The translations under genes were made by a program, and so were the position numbers. A stretch of DNA of 64,000 nucleotides from Catajapyx aquilonaris (Eukaryota), in contig KZ537998.1 of NCBI GenBank assembly GCA_000934665.2, forward strand, positions 62,001 through 126,000, read 5' to 3'. Shown here piece by piece: positions 26,621 to 40,443 of this stretch. The first letter of the stretch is position 1. Every line of letters begins with the position of its first letter. Under the pieces are notes generated by a model. That model was not told where the DNA came from, did not search any database, and worked only from the letters and a program-made list of their open reading frames with translations.

Positions 26621-27371
26621 ATATTCAGAAAGTAATTTGCTGTATTCTAAATGAATGAGCCCAAATGAATGTGGCCCAAATAAGAATTTTTCTAAGCTTA
26701 TCTCTTAGTTAAATTTATTGGATTACTTTATGGCTGCTAAGATGAAACCTTCCTTTACGATTTTGTTTTCAAAATATGCACGGTATGAGCATGTTTTCGG
26801 CAATATATTTTAAAACTCTCTGCAAGTGGCCTGAATTAGGGGCCCTGGCTTTTATTTAGGCAACGTACCCTGTACAAAAGTACAATACCGGTACCGTAAA
26901 TTATGTCGCTGTTTACAATTTTGTCATACTTTGCGTATCGCATTTAAAAATAAGCTTTAATACACTAACATCTATATGCACCTATACGAATTAAGCGAAG
27001 CACAGGTTGCAATATTGCAGCACGTTTCCTACATACAAAATGAGCGCTCTTCACACGGGCCCCCTTTCATGTTTCCACATCAGCACTGCATCTCACTTAG
27101 CAGTAACATCTAGGGCTATCCGCACCAGCTGCGTATATATGAAACCCACAATGCGTCAGCACTTAATTCCCAAAATTGTGGCCGAGACCTACAAACCCCC
27201 CTAAAGTAGGTTAAATATAGACCGGGAGAAAAGCACACCATAATCATGCCGCTGGTATGTCGTCCGCATGCCAGTTAATTCTTGCTCCAATTTAAATGTC
27301 GGGGATTATAATTGCAAATCCAGCTGCCAATCTGCATAAAAAAACACACATACACATGACACTCTCTCCCC

Positions 27372-27374
<3 letters not shown>

Positions 27375-27438
<64 letters not shown>
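27375..27438. repeat. (CT)n microsatellite
   Basis: Directly visible. Confidence 0.97.
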
Positions 27439-27441
<3 letters not shown>

Positions 27442-27825
27442 CAGTGCGAAACGAGCCCCAGTTCCCATGTGACTTACACTAATAATCCAGAAAATGGATT
27501 AGGGGACGGGTTATTCTCCAGCGGCTGTAACCCCCCGCAAGTGCATGCGGGATAATTGATCCTGTTTTTTACGCCACTTGTAACTTCAGCATCCAGAGCG
27601 TAGTGATTATTGGGGCGCAAATTAAATTCGGAGGTTCTTTAGTACTCGGGTTGTACAGAAAATGAGCGGGTGGGGAATCAGAGGGAGACCATTAGAATAG
27701 GTCAACTACTGTTATCGCATATTCGTGCTAGTGTGCAAATTGTACGAAGTTACTGCCGCTTTTCAGGGCTATTTCAATTCAATATTTCGTACGAAGCACG
27801 AAGTGACCAATTTACACCCACTCTT

Positions 27826-28041
27826 AATAATATATAATATAATAATGGATACCCCGTGATAGGCCTCCTTGGGCCTCTTAGGGGATCGTCAGTTTTAAAT
27901 ACCCGACTTTAATCATTTGCCTGTAATGTGATGGATTTTGATTGCGGGAGGAAACGGGATAACCCCGAGAAAACCCACGCGAACACGGGACCTTAGAGGT
28001 GGAAGGCTGCGGCGCTAACCACTCGGCCACCGTGTCGCCCC
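27826..28041 (-). mobile_element. tRNA-derived SINE, family 2 (V/Meta-domain-like core), internally deleted
   Basis: Head GGGGCGACACGGTGGCCGAGTGGTTAGCGC, core GCGTGGGTTTTCTCGGGGTTATCCCGTTTCCTCCC, AT-rich tail, degenerate TSD TACACCCACTCTT/TATACCAACTCTT. Confidence 0.82.
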
Positions 28042-28449
28042 TATACCAACTCTTTTCACAGTGAGAGTGACTATTGCATTCTATATTGTACGTGTGCGTG
28101 AGAAATCTATAGTAAGTCCAGAAAACCAGACTAGCCAGTGAAAACACAGAAAATCCTGGCTTCCTGGCTCATTACAAATCATTAAGACTCAGACTCAGAC
28201 GATTTCTCATGTATGGCTGTATGTCAAAAAATGACCAATAGTATTCTGGTGTAATACAATCAACAGCACCAGCAAGGTGAGTAAAACATCACCTACAGTT
28301 CGAGCATTGTTGCAGGATACGTATATATATCCCAAACTTTTGTTGACAAAGAAACCTTCTGGTGACGTTATTGCAAAAACGTGCCTAATAATGCGTTGAA
28401 ATTTTCATCTACATACCGCACAGCCAGTGTGGAGAGATCCTAGTCAAGA

Positions 28450-29520
28450 TGCTTACCTAGAAAGAGAAGAAATGGTACATGAGAAGAGTTTTCATAAGCA
28501 CGATCCTGCTCTAAGCATAAAACTTAGCGAGATTAGAAACTGTGGGGAAGTATAGGGACAAGGTCTTAGAGGGAAACGACTATAGAAACTCTTTATGGCA
28601 CCGAGTTCATGACACAGATTAGTGCAGCAGGTGCGCAAAATTGTTCCGGTGCACAGTTTATTAAAAGTTGACTCACTATATGCGCTTTTGACTACACATG
28701 TAGAAATTTTTTATGCCCAGCATAAACATAAACGCAACCTGTGATTCTCCCATAGGAATATTTGCGATTTGTTTCACGAAACTCTGACAACATTATTCTT
28801 CAAAATAATATGATAGCAGGTTATCCTATTAACATAACTCGTGTTATGGTAACCATAAGCATAATGAAGGTACAATTGGCGTTTGCAAAGCTAGATGAGT
28901 GTGAAAGTGGGCTGCACACGTCCAATTATTGCGCTGGATACATGAGCATCAGTCCGTGGCACTGTTACTACGACAGTTTTTTTTTCCCCTCCAGCACCTG
29001 AGCCTTGAGTCATCAATGTGATTAACCTACATGCGCTACATGATACCAATTATCGTGCAATTATTGCTCGCGTGCTGATAAATTCGAATCTTGTTAATCA
29101 GCCCACCCAAACATATGTTAATTAAACCTCAATTGGGAATACACAACATCCAATTCGTCGGGATTAAATATTACGCCCACGGCAGCTACAGTCAAACAGC
29201 ATACCAGTAAATCCGTATTTCCATCAGCTTTTCGATAGTGAAGATGGCGGATTTTCAGCAGTGGTCGCATGACAATTCCTACTGGTCAGTGCGCCAAAAC
29301 TATAGCCACGTTCAAAAGATTTGGCCCAGATCCATGAGATATCAGTGGTGTTGAAAGGGGCCAATCCTTTCCTCCACCTGTGTACTTTGAATTGTTGCCA
29401 ACTTATATACGAGAGCTCCTTGGCAGATTACGTGACATTCTTTCACTGTGAGGAATAAAACGCCAAATACAGCGATGCAATTTAGTGTCTAGTTGTAGAA
29501 ATTGACAAAATCACAAGTTT
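28450..29520 (+). pseudogene. Decayed PIF/Harbinger (HARBI1-like) transposase
   Basis: Collinear traces: KKWYMRRVF, PINITRVMVTISIM (~IxxxxRLxVTLRxL), KHMLIKP (~GKHIxIxxP), SEDGG/IFSS (~SDGGIFxxS), GQSFPPPVYF (~GDxAFPLxxYL); many stops and frameshifts. Confidence 0.5.
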
Positions 29521-29710
29521 GTCTCGACCACTCATATCTGAACACTAGGCTACTATACGTAGGCTATAGCTCAGCAGGCCACACTGAGGCCTTCTGGAGA
29601 CGACCAGACGAAGATCCCCACTTGAGCGAAAAATAAAGGACCCTTCAACCCTGGCCCACCCCTAAGTGTTCCTCACTTGACGGATGAAACTAGAAGCCTA
29701 TTGACATGAC

Positions 29711-29948
29711 TTGACAACCAGCTGTGACGCAAATGAGACAAGATGGCGTCATTATGGGCCGAATGAAACTTTATATAAATCCCAACTCCTTGGGACCTAC
29801 TCTACGTTACCGTACGTTACATTTTTTTCTCCCATCCCCCAGCCCTTATTTTACTGGTGAGAGTTGCTTAGTCTAACGGCAACATTTGACAACCAGTCGT
29901 GACGCAAAATAGACAAGATGGCGGCGTTAAGTGGCCGGATGGAAGTTC
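29711..29948. repeat. Two diverged ~60-bp direct repeats (29711-29772, 29886-29948)
   Basis: TTGACAACCAGnnGTGACGCAAAnnAGACAAGATGGCG shared by both copies. Confidence 0.85.
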
Positions 29949-31969
29949 ATCCCCTTCCCCCATCTTCATTTGAAGGCTCACATATATATAGTAAAGAGGA
30001 CTAAGCTTGGTGGCTCATAAAATCGGGCCCTTTTCTCCCCCCAAGCAGTAAAAGCGGCAAACTCCAGTCAATGCGACTGGGCTTGATTTACTGGGTCCAA
30101 GTGACAACTAATGACTTAGGGAGGGCGGCCCCCGTGCTCCAAGAGCCTGAGATAGTCTTTAGTCACACAGGCCTATGGAGATAAGGCCCATCGCTGGTCT
30201 TTGCTGGTGAGGTTTAGGCAGCTCACTTACATGGGCACCAATAATGGCTTATATCCCTGCCGACAAATTGCTGCTTTCAGCTAACAACTGATGCCCACCA
30301 CGTCCATTTCGGAGGGGTAGATACGGGTATGTCCTCATAAATTATGTGTCTTTTTTACCCGGCAATGTGGCATTTTGTACAGTATATCTATTTTCACGTG
30401 TTGTCAAACATTAAATCAGAAGAATGAGTGAGCATATTCCGGGGCACTCATTCTGAAATAAAGAGGGTAATTCAACGCCGGACATTACTTCCAGTGTGGT
30501 CTCAGCATTATCTAGGAGGCAACCAGGTCTGACAATCAAAGCAAAACTTGAATGCTTGTTTTAGCTAGTGTCTCAAGGGAGCTTTTAGAAATCAGTGAGA
30601 GGCCAAAAAAGGCTAACGAAACTCGGATTTTTCCTACAAAAGGTGCACCAGTTTGTTTTAATTGGCTTATGGATCCTCAAACAAAGCACAACATAAAACA
30701 TACAGCCTGAGTTTCAACTTCCCCCGACCAACCCTTGAGGGATTTCTGCTTTTGCCTTGTTTTCTTTCACTCGGCGCTTTTTTGAAAGTCTTGAACCCTT
30801 AATTGATGTATCAAACCCCTGCCCTGACCTGGGAAATGTTGTTTCGCCCACTTTCAATCCCTGTAATGGCTCCTCTTCAAATTGATCCTTTCCTTTTGCC
30901 AATTACTTCCCCTCTTCTTCTAACCTTCTCCTCCTCCTCTCCCATGAGCTTCTCTATTCCTTTCCCCTTTCTCTCTTCTGGTACTCGAGCCTGCGTCTTT
31001 TGCTTCACCTTCCTGACTCCTTCGGGATTCCAAATTGCTTCAGCAAAAACTCCGAATCTCAGAACCAAAGTTAGGATCATCAAAAGTGGGAGTCGTGGCT
31101 AACCAGAGCCTATCAAAATTTCCTACCTGTTCCCAAGCATGACTCAAATATACAGTAGTGTGTGCACAGTGCCGCAGTCAGTCTCCTTTGATTTTCAGCA
31201 CAAAGCATGCAGGCCCTATCTTTGTAGGTTAATTAAGCCTGTAGGTACTTCAGTGAATATGACGTGAAAGTGAGTGAACCTAGACCACACTGCCGTGTAC
31301 AGTACAGTAAATGATGGAGGTAGAAAATTTTACTTAAAGGTTTCACGTTAAAATTCTTGCAAACCAGAGAGGTGGACATTCATACGTCGCAAAAACTATA
31401 TGACATTATAGTACCGAACAGTAGGCTGCACAGGCTTAGGTTACAACGCTAAATGAGGCAGCCATAGTGTTGCACAGTAAAGTGACTGAAGGCAACCAAA
31501 ACCCTCCCACACTGCCTATCGGCTGCCTATACAGAAACGGTATTACTAGATATTAATCGAGTATTCAACTTAAGTGGGTAGCGTAGCATATGCCTACTAA
31601 GATTAGTAAGCTTCAGCTTACCTTCCTTATGTCATTTTACCCATTTCCCCACACAGTGTTGCTAGGCACAACAGATATATTATTACTCTGTAACGAAACA
31701 AACAAGATCTGGCAAAAATTCACGTCCGTTGACTTGGCCCGAACACTTTCGCAAATTTCTTGTTCGATCATCGATCATTATATGTACAGTAGGTATAGGT
31801 TTATGCAGTATAAACCCTTCATGACCTCTGTAAATTGCATAATTATTGTCATTTTCACGTTTTTATTTATTTTGGTTTATTCCTTTGTAAAAGTGAGAAG
31901 TGAATTGTATATATAGAGATGATGGAATGGTTGTGGTTGCCCAGGGCTGGGTAAACGCGCAAATATGTC

Positions 31970-32270
31970 AACTTGGTAAGTTGATGTTTGCACTGAAAAT
32001 GCAAAGAGCAAGCAGTATTGTCAAAGCATTTGAAACAATCCCCGCACCAAAAGGGCATGTATAATTAACGTGTTTGTGTTCACAACGACCCCTCACGACA
32101 GTTTGGACAGTTTTTGAACAACCGGACACTTCTATACAATAGGACAAAAACCAGTGCGCATAAATGCATTTGAATCGACCTTTTACAGGTTCGTACAACC
32201 TGCGGTACGATAATAAACAACGTAAAAAACGAGTTGGTGGCGATACATAATCATCAACAGAGTTGTCGGA
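31970..32270 (-). pseudogene. Possible piggyBac cysteine-rich C-terminal remnant
   Basis: RGRCEHK...PFWCGDCFKC...ACSLHF resembles RxCxxC...TxFWCxxCxxxLC. Confidence 0.3.
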
Positions 32271-35200
32271 GGTTATCAAAAAATGTCTCCCCCCCCCCCC
32301 TCTCTCTCTCTCTTTCCAAGGGACCGAAACAAGCTTGCAAGTTGAGCGAGATGCCCTTGGCGTTTTGGGTTAATATGAAATATGTTCAAGGAGCCTATAA
32401 TTTTTCCTTCTTTTTTGTTTTCATTTCATGTGCTATGCACGAGTTAGGCGGTTCCCGTGCAGCGCTTAGATTGGTATCCTCAAAACAAATGTGGCAGACA
32501 CACAGTAGATTGTGACCAGAGTATAAAATATTTATAGCTTCAAGCCGGATTTCTTGTATGACTGGAAAGTGGGCTTTGGAAACGCAGGTTTTCACGTTGG
32601 ACTTTTGCACTTGAAATATGGTCTACGTTCTATTTTTCGTAAAGTTTCCAGTCCATTTATGCTGCCTACAGGTGCAATATAGGGTGAATCACATATCCTC
32701 CAGGGAGGTTATTTACAGAAATTTTCTACTAAATTTATTATTCGGGCCATTTTGCAGAATTGAAAGAGTATTTGTTAAAAACCATGACAAATGGTTAAAT
32801 GTAATTTATTTATTACCGTATTGCCCTAATGGGGGACGATCTCTCATTGGTTTTTCATTTTTCTGGATGTTTATGATGTTAGCATTAATTATACCAATTA
32901 ATCATTTTACTAACTTTCCACAATAAAGTTAAATAATCCATACAAATTAATGCGACTGCATTTGATAACATTTTTATTTTCTTCACTAATTTCATATTGT
33001 CACAAAATAACAATCTTATTTTGCACACTACAACTTTTATTTGTTTTCTGGTTTCGAACCAATTTCTATATAGCCTTGAAATGGCTTAAAAGCCTTAAAT
33101 GATGTATATGCATCCTATACATGAGGCCTGCAGTAATTTATTGACCCTGTATTATATTACACAGTTGGTTAATCAAAACTGCAGTCATTATTTATAATTC
33201 ATAATCTAATTAATAATGTATTTAATCAATCTGCTCCCAAACTAGTTTAGCCGTAGAGGAGCAAAGTTGTTTCAAAATAATTCGAATTACATCAGACCTA
33301 TACCCTGCTTTATGTAGACCTATTGCAAAAATATGTTTTCTTTTTTACCACCCTGTATATGTACAGCAGCGTACTTCTTAGCAAATATCGACTTTTCGAA
33401 ACCCTATAATACACGCCAAAAACCTGTGCTATACTTCTGCAAAGTTCACCCGGAGCCGAAGGCGCTGAAACATCATTAGGCCTATACAGTCCCTACTGTA
33501 CCAAATGGATTGCCCCAGTAGCACATAAGTGACCCCCGTATTCGACGACTTGATATCCATGCAAGCAGTGCACAAAACGTTGACAAAGCGCATCATTTCC
33601 GTGCGCTTGTGGGGCTTCTGCGCTTGGCTCTTCAAAAATCCCTGCAGCTTTGTGAGACGTCCATTGGTGTTAAAAATGGACGTTCCCCAATGTAAAAGAT
33701 CGGCGAGCCGTACAACTGCACAGGGAACTTGTGTCCAGGGAGGCTCGGTCCGCCCATTTGGAAAGAAAACTATTTTGGAGGGAGGGTATTTTCTCTAAGG
33801 GCCAGGCACACACTGTCCCCTTGCTGCTACAAAGTTAGCAGACACCGAAAAATCCCTTCGTTTTCTTCCCCCCCCCNCCCTCTAGGGCCGAAAAGAATCG
33901 GCTTTGCAGAGACCCCAAGTGGAAGCGTCATTCATCATGTGGGAGCAGCCATCTTAGCTCCGTCCTCTGCAAGCGACATCTGGGCGGCAGTTAAGAAGCC
34001 TCTGGCCAGTAACACCTCCATCCTTTTTTGTCTCTGCCCGGGTCTTCCTAACATGGCCTGCCTAATGGGCCTTGCCGACTCTTCAAACTTTGGGGGGCAC
34101 TCGCCGGTGACATCAAGATTCAGTTCCATTTTACTCTTTCTACGCCAGATGTCGGTGGAAATTCACTTGGGGAGGATGTCTGGCAGGGTCAATATGTCTC
34201 TGGCTGAAGCTGGTTTAATACTGGAATGCTGACCTAATTGGCTATCATCGATGTATAACTTACATCAAGACCAACAAAAACAAGCGACAATAGAATAGTT
34301 CAAACAACGGAGTATATACTGCAATGAAAAAAAAAGGCAGTAAAACTGCAGAAAACTATTCTTCCTCTGGGTGAGATTAAAAGTAAGAAACAATCAGTCC
34401 ATAGGTGGGGGTTGGTTCGTGTCATGGGGATGTGTGATAATCAAATTTAATTCAAAACATTCGTGCTTTGGGGCTGGGAAGAATTAGGCAGAGTATGAGA
34501 GTCGGAAGAGTACATAAAAGCGATATCTGCCTAATTCTTCCCGGTTGCCCAGCTTCGCTGGGCAACCGGCAGGGAGGAAGAATAGAAATACGTTGCCAAA
34601 TTTTTGAAATTATTTGAAATATTTATTATATATTTTAAAACCGCGGATACGGGGGGAATACTGTACTTAGAATGGCTCACGCCCTCTGCAGCTGGCCAAG
34701 AGAGCTCTAATAAGTGGATATGCGACTTTCCCGAACTTTCTGGCCGCAGTAGTACACATTCTATCAAGGCACACCCTTGCATATTTACACGGGGGAGACT
34801 AAGGCCTGCCTGATTAAATGGTACTAAGTTTTCAGGCCTTCCTGGAGACATCTGCAATGGGTAAATTTTTGTCCGCACAGCACGCTAGCGCAAATGGAAC
34901 TGTCGTAAGTCGACACCTGCAAGTACCGAAATCCCCTAGGCGACCTTCCAGGATAACAAAGGCTTCATGAAAATTTATTGTGACAAAGTTGGGGACATGC
35001 ATTTCCCTCCCCAATTACCAGACTCGGCGGGATCGCTTCCTATCAGATTCATTCCCAGAAAGCTTCACACGCGAATTATTACTACAAGTTGTTCGCAACT
35101 GAACCGAAAAGAGGGAAAAGCTTCCCATCCAACAGCAGGAGAGGATAAAAAGGCAAGTCTGCCGCATGCCGCTACAACTGCCTATATCCACGCCAACTCC

Positions 35201-36179
35201 CCCCTTTAAAATTAGAATCTCATTCCGTGCGGCCAATTGATTCCTCCGATTCCCAGTAGCACGAAAGCCGTTGGAGCCACATGTTGTCCCCTTTGGATTA
35301 TGTACTCGCACATATTTCGCCACCATCATTTCGAAAACGGCCTTCCCTGCTGCCTAATTTCACGGTGTGAAATCGGAATTCAAAAGTGTTGAAAAGCATG
35401 GTTCGGGTCTATCGGGACAGTCGTCTGCCTATGACGCAAGCACATTTGTGAGCCAATTTATTGATTCCCAGAGCGATAAAGGGAGGCTGCCAACGTCAAC
35501 ATGCGCACGCGGCAGGGTCTCCCGCAGTTCTCTATGGAGATCGCGGTGCTCGGGAGATGGTGAGAAGCCTCATACTTCCAGCCTCGTGTGACGTCAACAC
35601 CGGCCCTATACACTATAGAGACTAGAGTGTTTCTGGATCGGAACAATCGGGTCGCGACTACAGAGCAATCAGTCCCTGTCGCAACCAATCTGTCGCCATC
35701 ACCAATCGATCAGGTTCTGTTACTGACCTGCCAGGTCTGTCGCAACTGCGTCATTATTGACCAATCAGCTGACATGCAATAAGAGTGGACCGTTGATGAC
35801 ATTGACCCAGAACAAAGTCACCTGTGTCATGCCTCCAATCACTGAACATCCTTGAAAGTAAGCCCCAGTTCCACAACTGCCCAATCACCTCCTGCCGTGC
35901 GGTTAATTCGCACGTTCGAACAGCGCATTAAGCGATTTTGTGCGAGCTAGAGCTAGAAGCGAGCACTGATTTAGCGCTCACGTGGCAAGAGAACAAAAGA
36001 AATCGGATCAGATAGAAGCAGACTCGGTTTCCATGGCTGGCAGGCAGCCTCGTAAATCTGAGAGCCTTCATGTCACTTCTTCCTTGAAGACCAGCTTGGT
36101 CACCCAGACAGTCTTTTTATTGACTTGGGAAGCTATTGTCTCGTGGATGGGGAGGAATCAAGAAAGGGGAGGCGGGGAG

Positions 36180-36760
36180 ATAGAGAGAATCAGGGGGATG
36201 AAAGAATGCATCCGGAAGATTCGGAGGATGGCCCATCAGTAGCCAGTTTGGGAGGGAGAGGGGGTCCAGCATCTGGACCACTTCTTCTCCGGGGCAACGT
36301 TCGAAAGAACCGTTTCCCTTTTCCAACTCAGGATGCTGCCCCTGAAGAAGATTCAACAGGCCAGTCTGATTGCCAATTCGGACCAAGTGGTGTGAGAATA
36401 GTCCGTTTTGAAAATGGCGATATAGGTGGGCAATTGTTTGGCGAATCACGGGAGATGCACACTCCACTCCTCGGAACGGCTGTTTAGAGGGAACTGCTAA
36501 CGCATACCGTCCACCAAGCAAGACATCTTGGACGTGATGGAGTTCCAAATGGGGCGCCCAGAGCTATGGCACGTACCACACACAACCAGCATACACCCAA
36601 TTCGGTATCAAGGGCACCGGTCTGTCCCCTGGTATCATAAATCCGGCACGTATGTCGGTTTATGTTTTGCATTAACGAGCCTGGTAACAGCTGGCACACA
36701 ATGCAACACACGGCTCTTCTTCTTTATACAATACGGTATATCCCAGAGTCATGTATATCC
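36180..36760 (+). pseudogene. Decayed piggyBac (PGBD4-like) transposase core
   Basis: Collinear traces FFSGATF/RKNRF, NCLANH, ERLFRGNC, GRDGV, LTSLVTAGTQCNTRLFF (~ATMSRNRF...EQLxxFRGRC...KYGIK...GxNxTxDNFF) with stops and frameshifts. Confidence 0.55.
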
Positions 36761-39039
36761 AGTTCACCGCGCTGCAGAAATTCATCTCGGAGTCTTTGAA
36801 TTGTGGCCATCGAGTAAGTCTGGAATATTGTGAAATTACAGTAACATGACACTCCTCGATTTGCAATACCTTAAATATACGAGTAAACCAACAAGTTCGT
36901 GTTATCTGGTCCTAACAAGTATAGCTTATAACACATTAATCTAGTCTGCAGCATAATTATAAAGCACCTGACATCAGACGGAGGGAACGTTACTATATAG
37001 TTGTGATCCGAATGGCTTCTTGTGCTAATTGGGACTAATGTTTCAGCCGAATCCACGGATCTAAATTGGGAAGGGAAAGACTAACTTGGGCTAACATGGG
37101 ATGTATAGCCCAAGCAAATTCGTAGCCACCTAGTAATTTCTCATCAAGCATTGCGGATGCCTGAGGATGACATTTCCTTCCAACAACTACTCCGTCATTA
37201 ACGTTTTTGCCAATCTGACGCGGCACCGGATTTAATAAAGCCTCTCTCACCCCCCTTCCCACACCACCAACTTCCCATCCCTCTGAAGTCTAGGCCTACG
37301 GAAAATAAGGCGACGCCGCAATAGTGCATTAATCATGCCCTCTTCTGCCAATAGAGTTGGCGCATCTCTTCGCAGACAGCGGCATTATTGCCTTACAGAG
37401 CTTATATGGGTATCGGAGTCAAGGCCTCGCCTACATTATAGTACGAATGGTTCGAGGGGAGCGGGGAAAAAACGGATGACATTTTCGCCCTGGAGTTTAT
37501 ACGAGATGGTTCTTTCGCCAACATTCTTTTCCTGCATTTAGACCAAGACAGAATCAAGCTGGCTGTCGGATTTTACGCCAGGTAAATCCACAAGGCATGA
37601 TCATAGGTTTTAATAAACGGCAGATGGAGCAAGCCAGTCAGGCTCGCCTGTAATACGGTTTTTCTGCAGTGTGTATACGGAATGTGACATGACTTCTACA
37701 TGTTAAAAAGTGACATTTTATCACAACCTTATTTATCACGCGTCGCTAGATACATTTTTGTTACTGATACAGTGTGATGAAAAATCTCTCCAACACTCCC
37801 TGAAGTTTTGTGCGGACCTCCCGGGAACAAAGCATCAGAAGGAAGCAGAGGAAAAGGACCAATCTTCCATTCCCCTCCCGGCCTTTTTTCCCACGCACCA
37901 TGGGTATACAGTATCACACTGTAGCGACATCCCGGCCCAGAATTGGTATCCAAGCCCCCTCCAATTTCATCCCTTCCCAAAGACTCTTTGAAATGAAGCA
38001 TGCACGTACCGGATCGCATCGCAGCACGTAACAGACTATCAGTGGCCGTTAGTTGGACAAGAGGCATCAGTCGGAGTGCGATGCTGCCATACTGTATTGA
38101 TCTGGAGAATAGCAAAGGCGACTTGAGTTGGAGTCCACCGACACTCAAACTGGCTGTCAATGAGCCTCTCTTTTACTCCCTCTGAAGAGACTTTCATCCG
38201 GAAATAGCTGCTTGAAAGCCGTCTTCTGGAGAAGGCTTCCAATTCCCTTCGGGCCCAAATTTGCAGCCTTTGACACGTTACGAGTAGGCAAAGCGGGCAA
38301 TCACATTCCGCTCGCCAATGAGGGAATTCACGCAAACAACTTGTCGACTCAATATCACACAACCCCCCCTCTACCCTCCTCATCCCTTTCACTCGGCTTT
38401 TACGTGCCCAACTACCCTCGCTTTATGAACAACCCTTCATGTCTCATCCCACGTATTGCCATTCATACTCAAAAGGATGCTGTCATTAAACCTTCTTGAT
38501 CAACACATTTCCGGATATTAATTCTAGACTTCAAAATGCCCTCAAACTTCGATAAAATGCATTATCGAAGTTTCGCAGCAGTTAGCTGTGCATTTGTTGT
38601 CTTCATCCGCCACACTTTTTTAAAAAAAAAAACACTACGTGCTACCTACCAGAAAGGGGCTCTTAAATCATCCTTGGCCCAAATTACCCCCTACTTTACA
38701 AAGTACTTTTTTATGACCTGATCCAAAAAAGTTTTCCCGAATATTGCCTACTACTTTCAATCTCGCAGGTTTACCAACCGGGCCCTGAAAATGTAACAGG
38801 CATTGTACTTGGCACCAAATACACAATAGACACGTGAAATCCTTTTTTTTTTTTTTTTCGTCTAATCAGGAAAAAATGTTGGGATAGCTTCATAAATCCG
38901 ATCCGTCGAGCACACTTTTGCGGCGCAAATGGCGTGGGAAGGGTGGACTAAGTGAATTCCAGCAAATCTTCTGCTTGGATGAAATTCTCCCTTCTACTCT
39001 CTTTCCCCCTACTCTCTACATCATAAATAAACTTTTTGG

Positions 39040-39460
39040 GGAAGTTGAACGACCGCCGGTTTGCAAAAGGCTCTTTTTCGATGCATTACTACGTACTTCC
39101 CCTACAAACAGGTTCAGGATGGATCAGAAGGCATTAGAAAACTTTTCCAGGGATTTGCAGCCACGCGCATGTTATGATGTAGAGAAACCTGGCTTTGTGG
39201 TTTTTCTGGTCAGGCTGTAATGATGCCTGACTCTTACATAAGAATACTGCAAGGAACTGAGGAAATGGGTGAACTTCATATAGGCTGATGGTTTATATGA
39301 AGTATGATGATAATAATGCATGCAGTGGATGTCCACACATGCCTGTAGGCAAATATGAAAACCATCAAAAATGCGGATGATGGGCTGCCCACTAATAAAT
39401 TGGTGTAATAGGGAAACGGAACATGCATGGTCAAAAAAATGTAAACTATGCATGGAAAAC
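39040..39460 (-). pseudogene. Decayed pogo-like (DDE_1) transposase fragment
   Basis: QPIIRIFDGFH...YHHTSYK...FLSSLQYSY...KPG resembles PxLLIxDGHxSH...LPPHTSHxLQPLD...FxxLKxxY. Confidence 0.4.
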
Positions 39461-39673
39461 ATGCACGTTCGGTGCGTGCTTTAATTAATTTGACATGCTT
39501 TACTTTCGCACCTCCATTGTAAACTCCACTAGTACTAATAATGAGACTATATTACCGACATAATACTGACTGTTTGCTTCAAGTGACGGTAAATGCAATG
39601 TTGTTGACATCATGTGTGCTATAGCCATATACACATGTACTGTACGCATGTAGCCATACTCTTACGTGCAAAT

Positions 39674-40174
39674 TAGGGATGGGAACAATTGATATGAAAA
39701 TAAATTAACTCGATTGAATTCATTGGGGATGCATCCCATTCCATTCAATCCCATTCGACGTCGTTCGTCATATTTCAATTCGACATTCAGTTACAATATA
39801 TTACATAGTGGCAGTTGTTGAGGATTTTCTTGCGGAAAGCTGTAAGCACGCTGAATACCTAATGTTTCTTAATATTACATCTGCCCCTCATTTCAATTCG
39901 TCTAATTCATCTCAATTCATCCGATTCCTCTCCATTCGCGAATTTATTGAATTAGAATTGAATGGCGGCCTTGTAACTTCCAATGCAATTCCCCATTCCT
40001 TTTACAATTAAGCCCATTCACCTTAATTTACTTTACTGCCCATTAATTTCTATTCAATTCCATTTACAGCCATTCTTTAGTGAATACGGCCGCCTCCCAT
40101 TTTTTCACATTAATTCACCGGAATAGTGTAATTCTCGAATGAGTGCAATTCCGAATTGAATAGTGCCTATCATT
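39674..40174. mobile_element. Degenerate MITE-like element rich in GAATTG/CCATTC subrepeats
   Basis: Starts TAGGGATGGGAAC, ends GTGCCTATCATTG; many AATTCG/AATTGAAT/CCATTC units inside. Confidence 0.4.
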
Positions 40175-40443
40175 GTCATTTATGCTATGAGCCATCAGCA
40201 ATATGAAATCACCAAACTCGTATTGGCTACACTACTGTTGAACAGAAATCTGTAACTTTTTTTAGACCAGTACCGTGCAGTTTATTGAGCCAAAGCCATG
40301 TCTAAAACTAAACATGGTGTTTCATAATTATTCAGAAAAACATAGGGTGAACTCCCGGGCACCACATGATCACTTTATGGTATAGGTATTATGTCCACGC
40401 CGCTTAATTTCGGAGATAACTATCATTAATAAAATTAATCAAA

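Noticed and set aside
33935..34240. Coding-looking minus-strand stretch MELNLDVTG...
   Set aside because: In-frame stop upstream, no clear splice sites or domain
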